64,000 bases of DNA. It comes from Octopus sinensis. Lineage: Eukaryota. Position numbers and translations under genes: made by a program. The notes under the pieces are model-generated. The model was not told the origin of the DNA, did not search any database, and was given only the letters and a program-made list of their open reading frames with translations. Below are positions 40,447 through 52,792 of this stretch, one piece after another. Within the stretch, counting starts at the first letter, position 1; the number at the start of each line of letters is the position of its first letter. Where the stretch lies: NCBI RefSeq assembly GCF_006345805.1, contig NC_042999.1, positions 15,438,001 to 15,502,000 of the forward strand, in the 5' to 3' direction.

Positions 40447-41129
40447 ACCTGTTCCTGTCCCTCTATCATACTTCAACACCACATCATCTGGCATAAAGCC
40501 ACCTTCCCACTTAATTGTGGGGGTCTTCTCTTGTGATTACCTGGTGACCTCACTAGTGCTGGTGCCACATAAAAAGTGCTCAGTACACACCATAAGGTGG
40601 TTGGGTCATCCAACTGCAGAAACCATGCCAAAGTAGACATTGCAAGTTGGTGTGGTTCCCTAGCATGCCAGCTGCTTTTGAACTGTTCAACCCATGCCAG
40701 TATGGAAACTGGACATAACATGATGATGTATGGCACAGGAAGACAACCGTTTTCTCAAGCACATTGACTATAAAGAATGATCAGTGGAAATTAAAAACAA
40801 AAACAAAACAATCTCAGGAGTGAAGAAGTAAAGATTAACCACAGCAAGAGCATCCAGTCATAGAATGCTACCAACATCAGAATAGAAGTGGACATAAAAA
40901 TCATGATGATGTTGATAACTCAAACATATATATATATATATATATATATATAAACATCAAATAAATTTACATGTGTATGCTTAATGAACATACATTTAGC
41001 TTCATTGTGCAGACAGAACTTCATGGTTAAACCACAAATCTTTCTCTCTCTTTTCTCTCTCCGCACACAGACTAATTTTCCTGATTTTTATCAGCTTATC
41101 AGGAGTAAGTAATCAATTGATCTATAGGA

Positions 41130-41203
<74 letters not shown>

Positions 41204-41334
41204 TAGCTCATAGCTACACATTACTAATGCTATGAACAATAACAGCATTACTTTTGCTCATTTACATATCAGAACACTTGGTGGTAATGCATATTAATTA
41301 ACTAAAGCACTGACTGAGCATGCCAGTTCATTAT

Positions 41335-41377
<43 letters not shown>

Positions 41378-41421
41378 CCCATGCTAGCATGGAAAGCAGA
41401 CGCTAAACGATGATGATGATA

Positions 41422-41452
<31 letters not shown>

Positions 41453-42367
41453 ATATATATTATATAAGTGTATGTATATATATATATATCATACAAAATA
41501 TACTTGATGAACAAACTGAATTTGTTTCTCCATTTTCTTATTTGTATATATATGTGTATGTATATATATATATATATATGTAAATATATATTTATATTTA
41601 TATATATAAATATATATTTATATTTATATATATATATATATTTATATTATATATATATATATTTATATATATATATATATATGTTGATGTGTGTAAATGC
41701 ACAAACACACACATATGTGTGGGTGGGTGTGTGTGTGTAGTTTGTTGGTAACTGCTCAACATACAACTATGTAAATGATTAAGTAGTTAGCTTACACATT
41801 GTCTACCAAATGTTACAATAGTAAAGAAACCAGATGACCAACACATCACAGCCTATTCACGACATTACAGAGTTGTTCAGTGAGACCATACTTCACATAA
41901 AATTTTCATATCAAATTAGATTATCAAGATCTTACTAATACATCTATCAATTTATCATATAAAATATTGGATATTCTCAATCACCTATTCCACAAGTTTT
42001 GTTTGATATTCCAAACTTTTATGTAAGTAAGAAATTATCTGTTGGATCATGATATTTCCAAATGAATACCATTCTGATATTATGATATTGGTTGGAATGT
42101 ATGCGGTTAATAAAATAGTGATTTCTTAAACTTAATTAGTTTATTTCACTGAATATTTCAAAATATTAATTATTTCACTTTACATATACAAGTGATGAAT
42201 TATTTTGGAAAGTTGTGATTTTCTTAACTATTTCAACTCGAGATTAGAAGGTGAAGAATAAATAAGAAACATAAATTTGTTTGAAATGCTGAGAAAATAT
42301 GCTTTACATTAACTCATACGCATTACACACACACACTCACATATATATGGAGGGACGTATCTATGCA

Positions 42368-42394
42368 TGTGTTTATATATGTGTTTATATTTAT

Positions 42395-42432
<38 letters not shown>

Positions 42433-42814
42433 GTACATACATATATATGCATACATATATGTACATACATATATATGCATACATATATATACATGCATAT
42501 ATATATACATACATACATATATATATATACATACATATATATATACATACATATATATATATACATACATATATATATACATACATATATATATACATAC
42601 ATATACATACATATATATACATACATATACATACATATATATATATACATACATATACATACATATATATACATACATATACATACATACATATACATAC
42701 ATATATATACATACATATACATACATACATATATATATATATACATACACATACATACATATACACACATATATATACACACACACACATATATATATAC
42801 ACACATATATATAT

Positions 42815-42865
<51 letters not shown>
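42368..42865. repeat. Compound (AT)/(ATAC)/(AC) microsatellite, ~500 bp
   Basis: Direct reading. Shorter tracts: (CA)n 3980-4030 and 38421-38478; (GA)n 4271-4330 and 41131-41200; (AT)n 26078-26121; (ATT)n 54590-54632. Confidence 0.97.
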
Positions 42866-42867
<2 letters not shown>

Positions 42868-43242
42868 AAACTTCATTTTTAATCATGAGAAAAGAGTTGA
42901 AGAAAAAATATTGCTTCATTGAATGAGCAATGCAGATTTTATCCAATTTGAATGTCTGCATAGAAAGATTATAAATTTAAATATATTCATTAATTCTGAA
43001 TAGAGAATTTCCAAATCCACAGAGTTTGACTTTGAATTTCATCTCTCTGGGGTCAATAAAATAGCTACCAGCAATATACTGCGATAGATTTTATTGATTA
43101 TGTTCCTCTCCTCCACTACAGGATCTTGTTCATAAAGGAAGAAATCAATAATAATGAACTTAACGTTGTAGTTGAGAACCCTTGAGACAGAATCAACTGT
43201 TGAAACAAGGTAGGATTGGGTAATGGAAGATGAGGTAGAGAA

Positions 43243-43905
43243 GGAAAATACATGTGTTTAGCTTAGTTTAGCTTGGTATGGTATTTATTGGGTTGGCAAG
43301 AAAGTAATTTCGGTTTTTTAGTGTGAAATAAAAGTAATATTTGTTCATACAAAGAATGAACTTTAATCAATTATATATTCTTCATTTTGATCGTGGTGGT
43401 ATGTAAATAAACGGCATAAATTAACGAAGGTATAAAGCTGACGGAAATACACGAAGTTGACTACTTTCACTTCTGACAACCAAAGGCATGACAGTGCCGG
43501 AAAATACATGTGTTTAGCTTAGTTTAGCTTGGTATGGTATTTATTGGGTTGGCAAGAAAGTAATTTCGGTTTTTTAGTGTAAAATAAAAGTAATATTTGT
43601 TCATACAAAGAATGAACTTTAATCAATTATATATTCTTCATTTTGATCGTGGTGGTATGTAAATAAACGGCGTAAATTAACGAAGGTATAAAGCTGACGG
43701 AAATACATGAAGTTGACTACTTTCACTTCTGACAACCAAAGGCATGACAGTGCCGGAAAATACATATGTTTAGCTTAGTTTAGCTTGGTATGGTATTTAT
43801 TGGGTTGGCAAGAAAGTAATTTCGGTTTTTTAGTGTGAAATAAAAGTAATATTTGTTCATACAAAGAATGAACTTTAATCAATTATATATTCTTCATTTT
43901 GATCG
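43243..43905 (+). repeat. 256-bp tandem repeat (2 full units + 1 partial) containing the mariner right end
   Basis: Units start at 43243, 43499 and 43755. Each is 45 bp flank + 106 bp mariner end + 105 bp unrelated filler. Only a few SNPs between copies. Confidence 0.95.
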
Positions 43906-45477
43906 ATGACCTTTTGCCATCTTTCTGGCAACTTTATGATTCTGTGCTCACAGAACTTCTGGTCCTTATTCAGCTGAACACTGAAGCAAGTGTGATTGCA
44001 GGTCATCATCATTATTGAAAGTTTACCATTCAAAGAATTTTGCAAACTTCGAAATAAATAGTAATCTGATAGTGCAAGGTCAGGGCTATATGATAGATGT
44101 GACATCGCTTCCCAACCAAGTCCCAATAAATTTTCACAAGTTAGTAAAGACGTGTGTGGTCTAGCATTGTCATGGTGGAACACGATTCCTTTATGATTTG
44201 CCAATTCTGGCCATTTTTCATAAATTGCTTCCTCTAGTTTCATTAGTTGTTGACAGTAAACATCTGAATTGATCGTTTGGTTCCTTGGAAACAGCTCAAA
44301 ATACACAACCCCTTTGTAATCCCACCAAACTGGCAGCTTGATCTTTTTTTGATGCAATTCAACTTTCAATGTGGTTTGTGCTGGTTAATAACGCTTGGAC
44401 CATGATCATTTTCAATTGATGTTATTATAGACAATCCATTTTCCATCACCAGTGATGATTCATTTAAAAAAAAAGGTCAATTTCATTGCATTTGAAATGC
44501 AAATCACAAATATTGATTTGATGCATTAAGTGAATTTCTTTCAATTTATTTGGAACCTAAATATCGAGCTTCTTAACGAGTCCAAAGCATTTTAAGTGAT
44601 TTTCAATTGTTGTGTGTGATACATTTAACCTCTCTACAATCTCTCACACAGTTATATGACAATCAGATTCAATTATGGCTTTAATTCGGTCATCATCAAC
44701 TTCAGTAGTTTGACCATAATGGAAGCACTCCGTCAGTTACGACGATGAGGGTTCCGGTTGATCTGATCAACGGAACAGCCTGCTCATGAAATTAACGTGT
44801 AAGTGGCTGAGCACTCCACAGACATGTGTACCCTTAACATAGTTCTCGGGGATATTCAGCATGACACAGAGGGTGACAAGGCCGGCCCTTTGAAATACAG
44901 GTACAACAGAAACAGGAAGTAAGAGTGAGAGAAAGTTGTGGTGAAAGAGTACAGCAGGGATCACCACCATCCCTGCTGGAGCCTCGTGGAGCTTTTTAGG
45001 TGTTTTTGCTCAATAAACACTCACAACGCCCAGTCTTGGAATCGAAACCGCGATCCTACAACCGCGAGCCCGCTGCCCTAACCACTGGGCCATTGCGCCT
45101 CCACAGTTTGACCATAATACTGGTCATCTTTATACTGGTCATCATAAAACTGAGTGAAAAATCAGAATTTTTAAAACCATTTCTGACATTTGTGTTCTGT
45201 TCAGCAACCAATGCCATAATCTTCACATGTCTCTTTGTGAGCCTTGGTAGCTTTCTTGCCTTTATGGAAATAAAAAAGCAAATATGGCAAAAATGTTCGT
45301 TTTTGCATCCCATGTTAAAATTGACACCGAATTAACAGCTGTAAACAAAATTATGTGCAAATTGCTTCTAAAGGAAAGTAAAAGTAATGGCTATCAAATG
45401 TCAGAAGGAAAAAATAACATTGACAAAAGTCATTAAAAAAAATTTCGAAAAATGAAATTGCTTTCTTGCCAATCCAA
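43800..45477 (-). mobile_element. Full-length but decayed mariner transposon (mellifera-subfamily-like), interrupted by a SINE
   Basis: TIRs TTGGGTTGGCAAGAAAGTAATT / AATTGCTTTCTTGCCAATCCAA with TA on both sides. 1280 bp after removing the SINE and one TSD. N-terminus MGCKNEHF; C-terminus WWDYKGVVYFEL...HHDNARPH...YSPDLALSDYYLFRSLQN (D34D). Frameshifted. Confidence 0.95.
44721..45104 (-). mobile_element. tRNA-derived SINE, family E, tail variant 3, inserted in the mariner
   Basis: Perfect 14-bp TSD AGTTTGACCATAAT at 44707-44720 and 45105-45118. Confidence 0.92.
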
Positions 45478-47002
45478 TAGTTAACAATTTCAGTAAAACA
45501 TAGGCAGGCAGTTGGTAGTTATGAAATCCGAAAAGTTAAACAAATAACATAACAGAGAAAGTGCATAACAAGTTGTAGAGTAAGGTAAAGAAAAATTCAT
45601 CTAACACTTAGATGGATTTTTTATAAAATTTAGTTTGAAATTTGTCTTTGCATTGTGGACTGGAAATCACATTATATAAATAATATCCTTGCTTTCATTG
45701 TTTCCTTACTATATAGAAAGGTAAGAGGTATTCAATGACATTATATTCAGGACATGAAGAAACCAAGCCTTTCTTTTGTAGTTTTTTCTTACACTCCACA
45801 ATGAAGAGTTTCTAACAGTATTACAGACCATTATTAGGTAAGATTTATAATAAGGGATGCATTTGAAATGGTTAAAAGACAGAAACAGAGAAGAGAAAGC
45901 TTTTCATGTGGTAGGATGATGGGAGATATATTAACTTGGTCGAGCAGTGATCAGGGGATATGCTAACTTGGTTATACAGGAAGTGGTGAAGTCTGTGTGG
46001 AGTCTGGATTTACAGTTTAGACATAGGCCAAATGTATATGGTAACATCCAATATGTTAGCTAAGAATAGGATCGGTGAATGTGTACAACCGATACAAACA
46101 CTTCAGGATAGAGAATATGTTGGTGTCTACATCAATGGTGGCTGTAAAGAAAGATTAAGTGCAGGAGAACTTATATTTATTAAAATCATCATGGATGATG
46201 ATTTCAAAGATGCAAAGTGAGATAAATACACAGGAGGATACGATACAAGTGAACAACTGCTTTTAGTTGATAGAATACTAAAGATGACAGATGTATTTGG
46301 AAGAATGTATTAAAAATAGACAAGTCAGAAATATTTTTGTTATTGTCAAGATAAGGAAGAGTAAATCTTTACATATGCATAAATATAAGATTTAAAATGA
46401 AATTCAGACTACAGAGATGTGTAAGAGTTAGGAGATGAAAAATTTGCATAACAGAAAAAGATTATTATGAGTAGTCTAACGTGATGGTCATTATTGAAAA
46501 TCACAGATAGAGTTTTCTTTTTCTTGATTATTTTTGAAGAAATCAAATATGAAAATGAACCCCCAGCTCCCAGAAATGATTATAGACAGAAGGAAATAAG
46601 AAACCAAAGCTCATTGATCTCTGTGAGTATCCCAGTTAATCCTTTGTGACTATAATTCTCTAAGGAGACACTGCCTGTGTTTCAATTAATTTTGAAAAAT
46701 GTCATTAAGCTCTTGTTTGGAATATAAATTAACATGGAATTTTGATAGAGTGAAATTCAGATTACTTTAAAAGAGTGAATTTGTATCCTAGAATCAAGGG
46801 TAGTTTCAGACAGATTGATATATAATCCAGTGGCTCATGATATCCTGTACTCGAAAATGAGGCTCATTATAATTGGGTTCAGGCACTTAAAATATCAGGT
46901 AGCTGGCATCTCAAAATAAACCTTTTCAACTAGAATCCTTTAAAAATCAATAGCTCTACTAAAGAGAGGATGTAGCTAGAAGTCATGTGCTGACTTCTAT
47001 AA

Positions 47003-47441
47003 GGTGGCGAGTTGGCAGAAACATTAGCAGGCCAGGCGAAATGCTTAGCGGCATTTCGTCTGCCGCTATGTTCTGAGTTCAAATTCCAACGAGGACAACT
47101 TTGCTTTTAATCCTTTCGGGGTCAATAAGTTAAGTACCAGTTACGCACTGGGGTCGATGTAATTGACTTAATCCATTTGTCTGACCTTGTTTGTCCTCTC
47201 TGTGTTTAGCCCCTTGTGGATAGTAAAGAAATAGGTATTTCATCTGCCGTTATGTTCTGAGTTCAAATTCCGCCAAGGTCGACTTTGCCTTTCATCCTTT
47301 CAGGGTCAATAAATTAAGTACCTGGGATCGATGTAATCAACATAATCACACTGGAATCGATGTAATAGACTTAATCCCTTTCTCTGTCCTTTTTTGTTCC
47401 CTCTATGTTTAGCCCCCTTGTGGGCAATAAAGAAATAAGAA
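47003..47441 (+). mobile_element. SINE family B, tandem dimer (full copy + head-less second body)
   Basis: The body is repeated from ~47236. Confidence 0.85.
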
Positions 47442-47925
47442 GTCATGTGTTGACATGGCTAGCTTCAGATTAGCACTTTGGTCTGATGCTCAGAGTATAA
47501 TAAACTCTTTAGAAGATATCCAACAGCTTGGAGATGATGTTAAATGTAATAAATATCACAACAATTTTTTTAAAGCTATATGGGAAATATGCTGCTTTGT
47601 TCTACGAAATACCAAAAACGTTTTAAAAACCAGCTGACATTTGCATTTTAAAAACTGTGAACAATACATTGATGTAACACTGCAGACTTGTATTCCAAGA
47701 TAAAGTAATTTCATTGTGACGATGAGTAAGTCATATTTCTATGAAACCCCCATTGGCCCAACTAGTTTATTATTTAAAGAACAAAGCTACCACAGTAAAG
47801 CAATTTTCAGAGATGTGAAACCATAAAGACACACATAAATATATATACATTCATGTATTTGTATATACATGTATATATATATAACATGTATATATATACA
47901 TACATGTATATATATATATATATAC

Positions 47926-48002
47926 TTTATTTAAAGCTGCAGAAAATTCAACAAAACCTGTTACTCTGAGTTTCCCGTTGCCGTTCATCAGACAGTTTTT
48001 GC
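47926..48002 (-). mobile_element. Short Penelope-like 3' end remnant carrying the hammerhead
   Basis: The hammerhead is followed by AAATAAA and a (TA)n tail. The insert is bracketed by near-identical tatacatgtatatata(ta)taaca copies at about 47862 and 48003. Confidence 0.55.
47953..48000 (-). ncRNA. Minimal type I hammerhead ribozyme motif (Penelope-like element terminal-repeat type)
   Basis: Minus strand reads AAAAACUGU-CUGAUGA-ACG GCAA CGG-GAA-ACUC A GAGU-A^ACAGGUUUU. Intact core, stem I 8/9 bp, 2-bp stem II with a GNRA loop, self-complementary stem III, GUA cleavage triplet. Confidence 0.75.
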
Positions 48003-48213
48003 TATACATGTATATATATAACAGGCTTCTTTCAAGCTCCATCTACAAAATGCACTCATATGTGTAAACTGAGGAAATTTGGCTATAAAAGCACAGCCAT
48101 AGTCGTGATCAAAGTCCTCCTAAAATTAGACTGACATGTGCTAATTTGTGAATGTGTATAAAGTACATTCACACACACACACACACACACACATCATGCC
48201 TTTTATATATATA

Positions 48214-48574
48214 CTAGCAGTATCGCCCGGCGTTGCTCGGGTTTGTAAGGGAAATAACTATAAAGCATTTTTAGAGAGTAATAGCCAAAAAATGGAGGTA
48301 AATTTTTCTTTTAGTTAAAAAGGTCGAGTTGCGTCCCCTAGACAGTCTGTGGTTTGTGTTTCTGATTCTTGACCCCATGTCGAATTTATCGATTTTTTTC
48401 AGAACTGGGGGAACTTTTCAAAATTTTCGCTGCGTTAGTTTTGAATTATGACATTGGGCTATGTGTGTGTCAAGTTTCATCAGAATCGGTTGAAAGCCGT
48501 GGTCAGGGTGAGGGTACAACCTAACAGACACACAGAAACACACACAGACAAACTGCCGTTTATATATAGAGAGA
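48214..48574 (-). mobile_element. Non-autonomous Helitron (361 bp)
   Basis: Minus strand begins A|TC and ends with the hairpin CCCGAGC-AAC-GCCGGG, ~10 nt, then CTAG|T. No TSD; internal (CA/GACA) microsatellite. Confidence 0.85.
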
Positions 48575-48735
48575 TATATATCCACACATTTTTGTCTACC
48601 GAAATTCTTTCACTCACAGGACCTTGGTTAACCTGGGGCTATGGAGAGAACATTTGCTTCTGTAACTCCAGCCAAATGTGTTGAGAGTTGCTTTATTTGG
48701 TTTGTTCTGTTTACACACACACACACACACACATA

Positions 48736-49637
48736 TTGGGTCATCTCATAGAGAATGCGCTTTTTTTTTCAGTTGCTTGAACTGGAGAGGGACAGGATAA
48801 ACTAACTACCTGCATCAACTTGCTATAAAAGCAGGTAGTAATTTTACCTTGTACTTATTCTTAGTGCAAGTTTTGAAGAGTGCAGTTTGATTTTAACAGT
48901 TATTTTTTCAAAGCTATAATGGAAGTGACAAAGGAGCATATTCAGCATATTTTGCTTTATGAGTTCAATAAAGGCAACAAAGTGCAAGGAATATTAATGC
49001 AGCATATGGAGATCGGACAATAAGCGTAAGCCAGTGTCAGCAGGGGCTCCTGAAATTCTGTGCCGGAAACTACAGGCTAGAAGACGAGCCGCATCCTGGG
49101 AGATCTGTAGAGCTCAACAAAGACGTCCTGCAAACCCTGGTGGAACAAAATCCAATCGTAACTGTTAAGGAATTAGCAAAGAAGTTTGGATTTGGTCATT
49201 CAACCAGTCATTGAAGTGAGCGCTAGAAGAAAAATGACCGTCTTTGGTTTCAAGACAAAAGGTGTTCTTCCATCAGGATAATGCATGGCCACATACAGCA
49301 AGGGTGACATTCCAAAGTCTAGAGAAGTTTGAATGAGAAACGATGCCCCACCTACCATATTAACAGGACATTGCCCCATCTCATTATCATTTATTCCACA
49401 GTCTTCAAAATCATTTGGATGGAAAAAAATATGAATTTTGCAGATGAGGTGAGGACAGTACTGGAGGAGGATTTTTCATCAAGGACAAGTGAATTTTGGA
49501 AGAGGGGCCTTGCAAGATAGATAGAAGAGCATTTTAGAAATGAAGGAGAGTATATTTTAGATTAAAAAAGAAGTTTGTTTATCTTAATTTTAAAAAATAA
49601 AAGTATAAAAAAATGCATTATTTATGGGATAATCCAA
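48736..49637 (+). mobile_element. Internally deleted mariner transposon
   Basis: TA-flanked TIRs TTGGGTCATCTCATAGAGAATGCG / TGCATTATTTATGGGATAATCCAA. ATG at 48919 (MEVTKEHIQHILLYEFNKG) is joined near 49207 to a C-terminal part (FFHQDNAWPHT...APSHYHLFHSLQNHLDG...EGEYILD*). Confidence 0.92.
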
Positions 49638-49650
49638 TATATATATATAT

Positions 49651-49830
49651 AGGGAGAGTTTATGAAAAAAACAAAAGACGAAGACAGGTGGTGTACAAAA
49701 CAAACAGATGTATTAGTATAACACTCAGGAATAGAAAAAATCTTTTACGTTTCGAGCCTACGCTCTTCTACAGAAAGGGACACAAAACAAAAACAAGGAG
49801 AGAAAAAAATGTGTGTAGTGGCTAACTATA
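49651..49830 (-). mobile_element. Penelope-like terminal-repeat remnant carrying the variant hammerhead
   Basis: A hammerhead-like motif lies about 90 nt upstream of a (TA)n end. The insert abuts the TA of the neighbouring mariner TIR. Confidence 0.5.
49742..49777 (-). ncRNA. Variant minimal hammerhead motif (core CUGUAGA instead of CUGANGA)
   Basis: CUUU-CUGUAGA-A-GAGC GUAG GCUC-GAAACGUA^AAAG. 4-bp stems I and II and a palindromic ACGU stem III. One core substitution (A6 to U). Confidence 0.55.
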
Positions 49831-51215
49831 TATCATGGCATATGTACGTATGTGTGTGTGTTGTTGTTTGTCCCACCACCACTTAGGAGTTGATTTCTTT
49901 ACTGCCCTCTAACTTAAGAGTTCAGCAAAAGAGGTCAAATAAATTTACAAAATTATATTAAAAAAAAGATAAGTACTGGGGTCACTGTGATTGAATGTAC
50001 ATGCTGAGGCGATGCTACATGGCTGCAATCCAATGACTGAAACAAGTAAAAGAGTAACAGAGTAATGAAGTTACTAGATGATTATTATGTTTTAATGCTG
50101 GTTTGAATATTATGGTATAAAACTGAGCGTTGCTTCTTAGAAAATGCACAGACTCAACATGAACTCATACTGCATCATAAATGACTAGAATTATGAAGGA
50201 TGTATACTTCAGTAATTCCTGAAGATTAATTCAACATAGCCTGTCATACTTGGTTAAAAAAGAAATTCCGCAAAAGTATTGAAGAATGCAAACTATTTAT
50301 TATTTTAGAAATCTTGTTTCAACTAAAAGCAAATTCTAATACAATCTGTCAAGTATTCATTTTTTATTTTATTTAAACTTCAAACGTAGTATAACTTTGT
50401 TATTTAAACAAACCTAAACATGTATGCAAGAATACTATCTTACCAAATCCAAAATAACTTCAGATATAATATCAAGAGCTAACCTTTTATGAATAAGAGT
50501 CGAAAAAGTCTTGCAAAGTACTTCAGATAATTATTTTTGATGCAGTTTATTTGAAAATTGGATTTTTTCATAAAGTTATTTAATTTTCTCCAAATCTTGA
50601 ATTATAGCAGTTTTCTCATATTGTAATTAACAGAATTTTCTATTAGATTTTTACAGCTTGAACTTTTTCCTGTTTTCTTCTTCAAAGTTATTATTATAAG
50701 TTTTACTAGAACACACGCAATGCATGTATTTTTTTTTGAGTTATCGCAAGTTATTTGCATGTTCAATTTTTGCTGATGATTATTTTTATTTTAAATTGTT
50801 TCTTTTTCTTTTTTTTTTTTAAATTCATATTGCCAGTCATGATACAATAGAAACTATACACAAAATTCATGGTAAATGTCAATCTAGAGATAGAAGTTAA
50901 AGTTATCAGTAAATCACTGAAGGAGTTCAGTTGTTGTTTTTTTTTTATGGCATGCCAATTATATTTTACAGATGAAGGAAATAAAATATAAAAAAATATT
51001 TGATTTCATTTGCTGAAACAATACCATTTTTTAAGGTCAACTTAAATTTTAATCAATTTGTTGCATGAGAAAAAATATAACAACAAACACGTAAATACAT
51101 TATTGTAAATAATAACATAAAAAAAGTGTCACTCCTTTCCCTAACTCAGTTTCTGTAACATTAAGCAGATGGGAAAATATTGCTGCTGCTACTACTACTA
51201 CTACTTATTATTATT

Positions 51216-51690
51216 AAAGTGAGAGAGCAGCACACATCATCACAGTGATGCTAGGGCCCAATATACCCATCAGGACTACCCGTCTGATAAGGGTACACCA
51301 GGTATATGCATCACAACCATATGGAGACTTCATATCAAGGTAAATAGCCCATGACCTTGCAGGCAGGACCCAGTTAGAATTTTCTTCTGAGCCCATCCTG
51401 CTCAAAAAGGTCCCTGAATAAGGGTTGTTTAAGGATAATGAATGAAACATCCATGTACCCAGGGGTGAATTATTCATCCACTATTCCTGCTTGTGTTCAG
51501 AGATGCACATACTGTAAGCCACCAAGGAACATGTTCGGCTGGTTACGGTCAAGCAACTGGAAAGCAAATCTGGTATTGAGCAGATTAGTTGCTGTAGACT
51601 ATTTCTAAACCAAAACAAAAGGAATGTACATGATAACACTTCCAACCAGTTAAGATCAGAAGTCACGAGAGCCACTGTCGGATATACAGC
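51216..51690 (-). mobile_element. Unclassified interspersed repeat (family C) with a simple-repeat tail; partial second copy at ~2860-3190
   Basis: GCTCAAAA(A)GGTCCCTGAATAAGGGTTGTTTAAGGAT... is shared by both loci. Confidence 0.55.
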
Positions 51691-51721
51691 ATCAGAATAT
51701 ATTATTGTTATTGTTATTATT

Positions 51722-52438
51722 AGTAAGGTGTTGAGCTGGCACAGTTATTAGCATGTCAGACTAAATGCCAAGTAGCATTTTGTCAGTATTCAAGTTCTGC
51801 TGAGATCGATTTTGCCTTTCACCCTTTCAGGGCTGATAAAATAGGCACCGACTGAGCATCAGGAAGTAATGTAATTAACTTACCCACCCCTCATATCTGC
51901 TGGCCTTGTGCCAAAACAAGGATTGTTATCATTATTGTAAAGTGGAAAGCTGGCAGAATTGCTAGCATGCCAGACAAAGAGGCTTTCATCTGTCTTTGCA
52001 TTTTGAGTTTGACTTTGCCTTTCATTCTCTCAGGATTGATTAAATAAAGTACCAGCTGAGCACTGGGGTCATCATCATCGTTTAATGTCCGCTTTCCATG
52101 CTAGCATGGGTTGGACGATTTGACTGAGGTCTGGCTAACCAGATGGCTGCACCGCATCAGGCTCCAATCTGATCTGGCAGAGTTTCTACAGCTGGATGCA
52201 CTTCCTAATGCTAACCACTCTGAGAGTGTAGTGGGTGCTTTTATGTGCCACCGGCACGAGGGCCAGTCAGGCGGTACTGGCAATGGCCACTATCAAATGG
52301 AGCTTTTTATGTGCCACCTTCACAGGAACCAGTCCAGCGGCACTGGCAACGACCTCACTCGAATCAGTGTAATCAATTATCCCTCTCTCCTCAAAATTAC
52401 AGAACACTTGCCTGTAGTAGAAAAATTATTATTGTAAG

Positions 52439-52473
<35 letters not shown>

Positions 52474-52761
52474 GAAGGCTGAATGATTATAGTATTGGAA
52501 AAACTGCTTCACAGCAATTTTTCAGATTTTCTGTTCTGAATTCAAATTCTACCAGGATTGACTTTGCTTTTCATCATTTTTAGGTATATGCGCAGGAGTG
52601 GCTGTGTGGTAAGTAGCTTGCTAACCAACCACATAGTTCTGGGTTCAGTCCCACTGCGTGGCATCTTGGGCAAGTGTCTTCTGCTATAGCCCCGGGCCAA
52701 CCAATGCCTTGTGAGTGGATTTGGTAGACGGAAACTGAAAGAAGCCTGTCGTATATATGTG

Positions 52762-52792
<31 letters not shown>

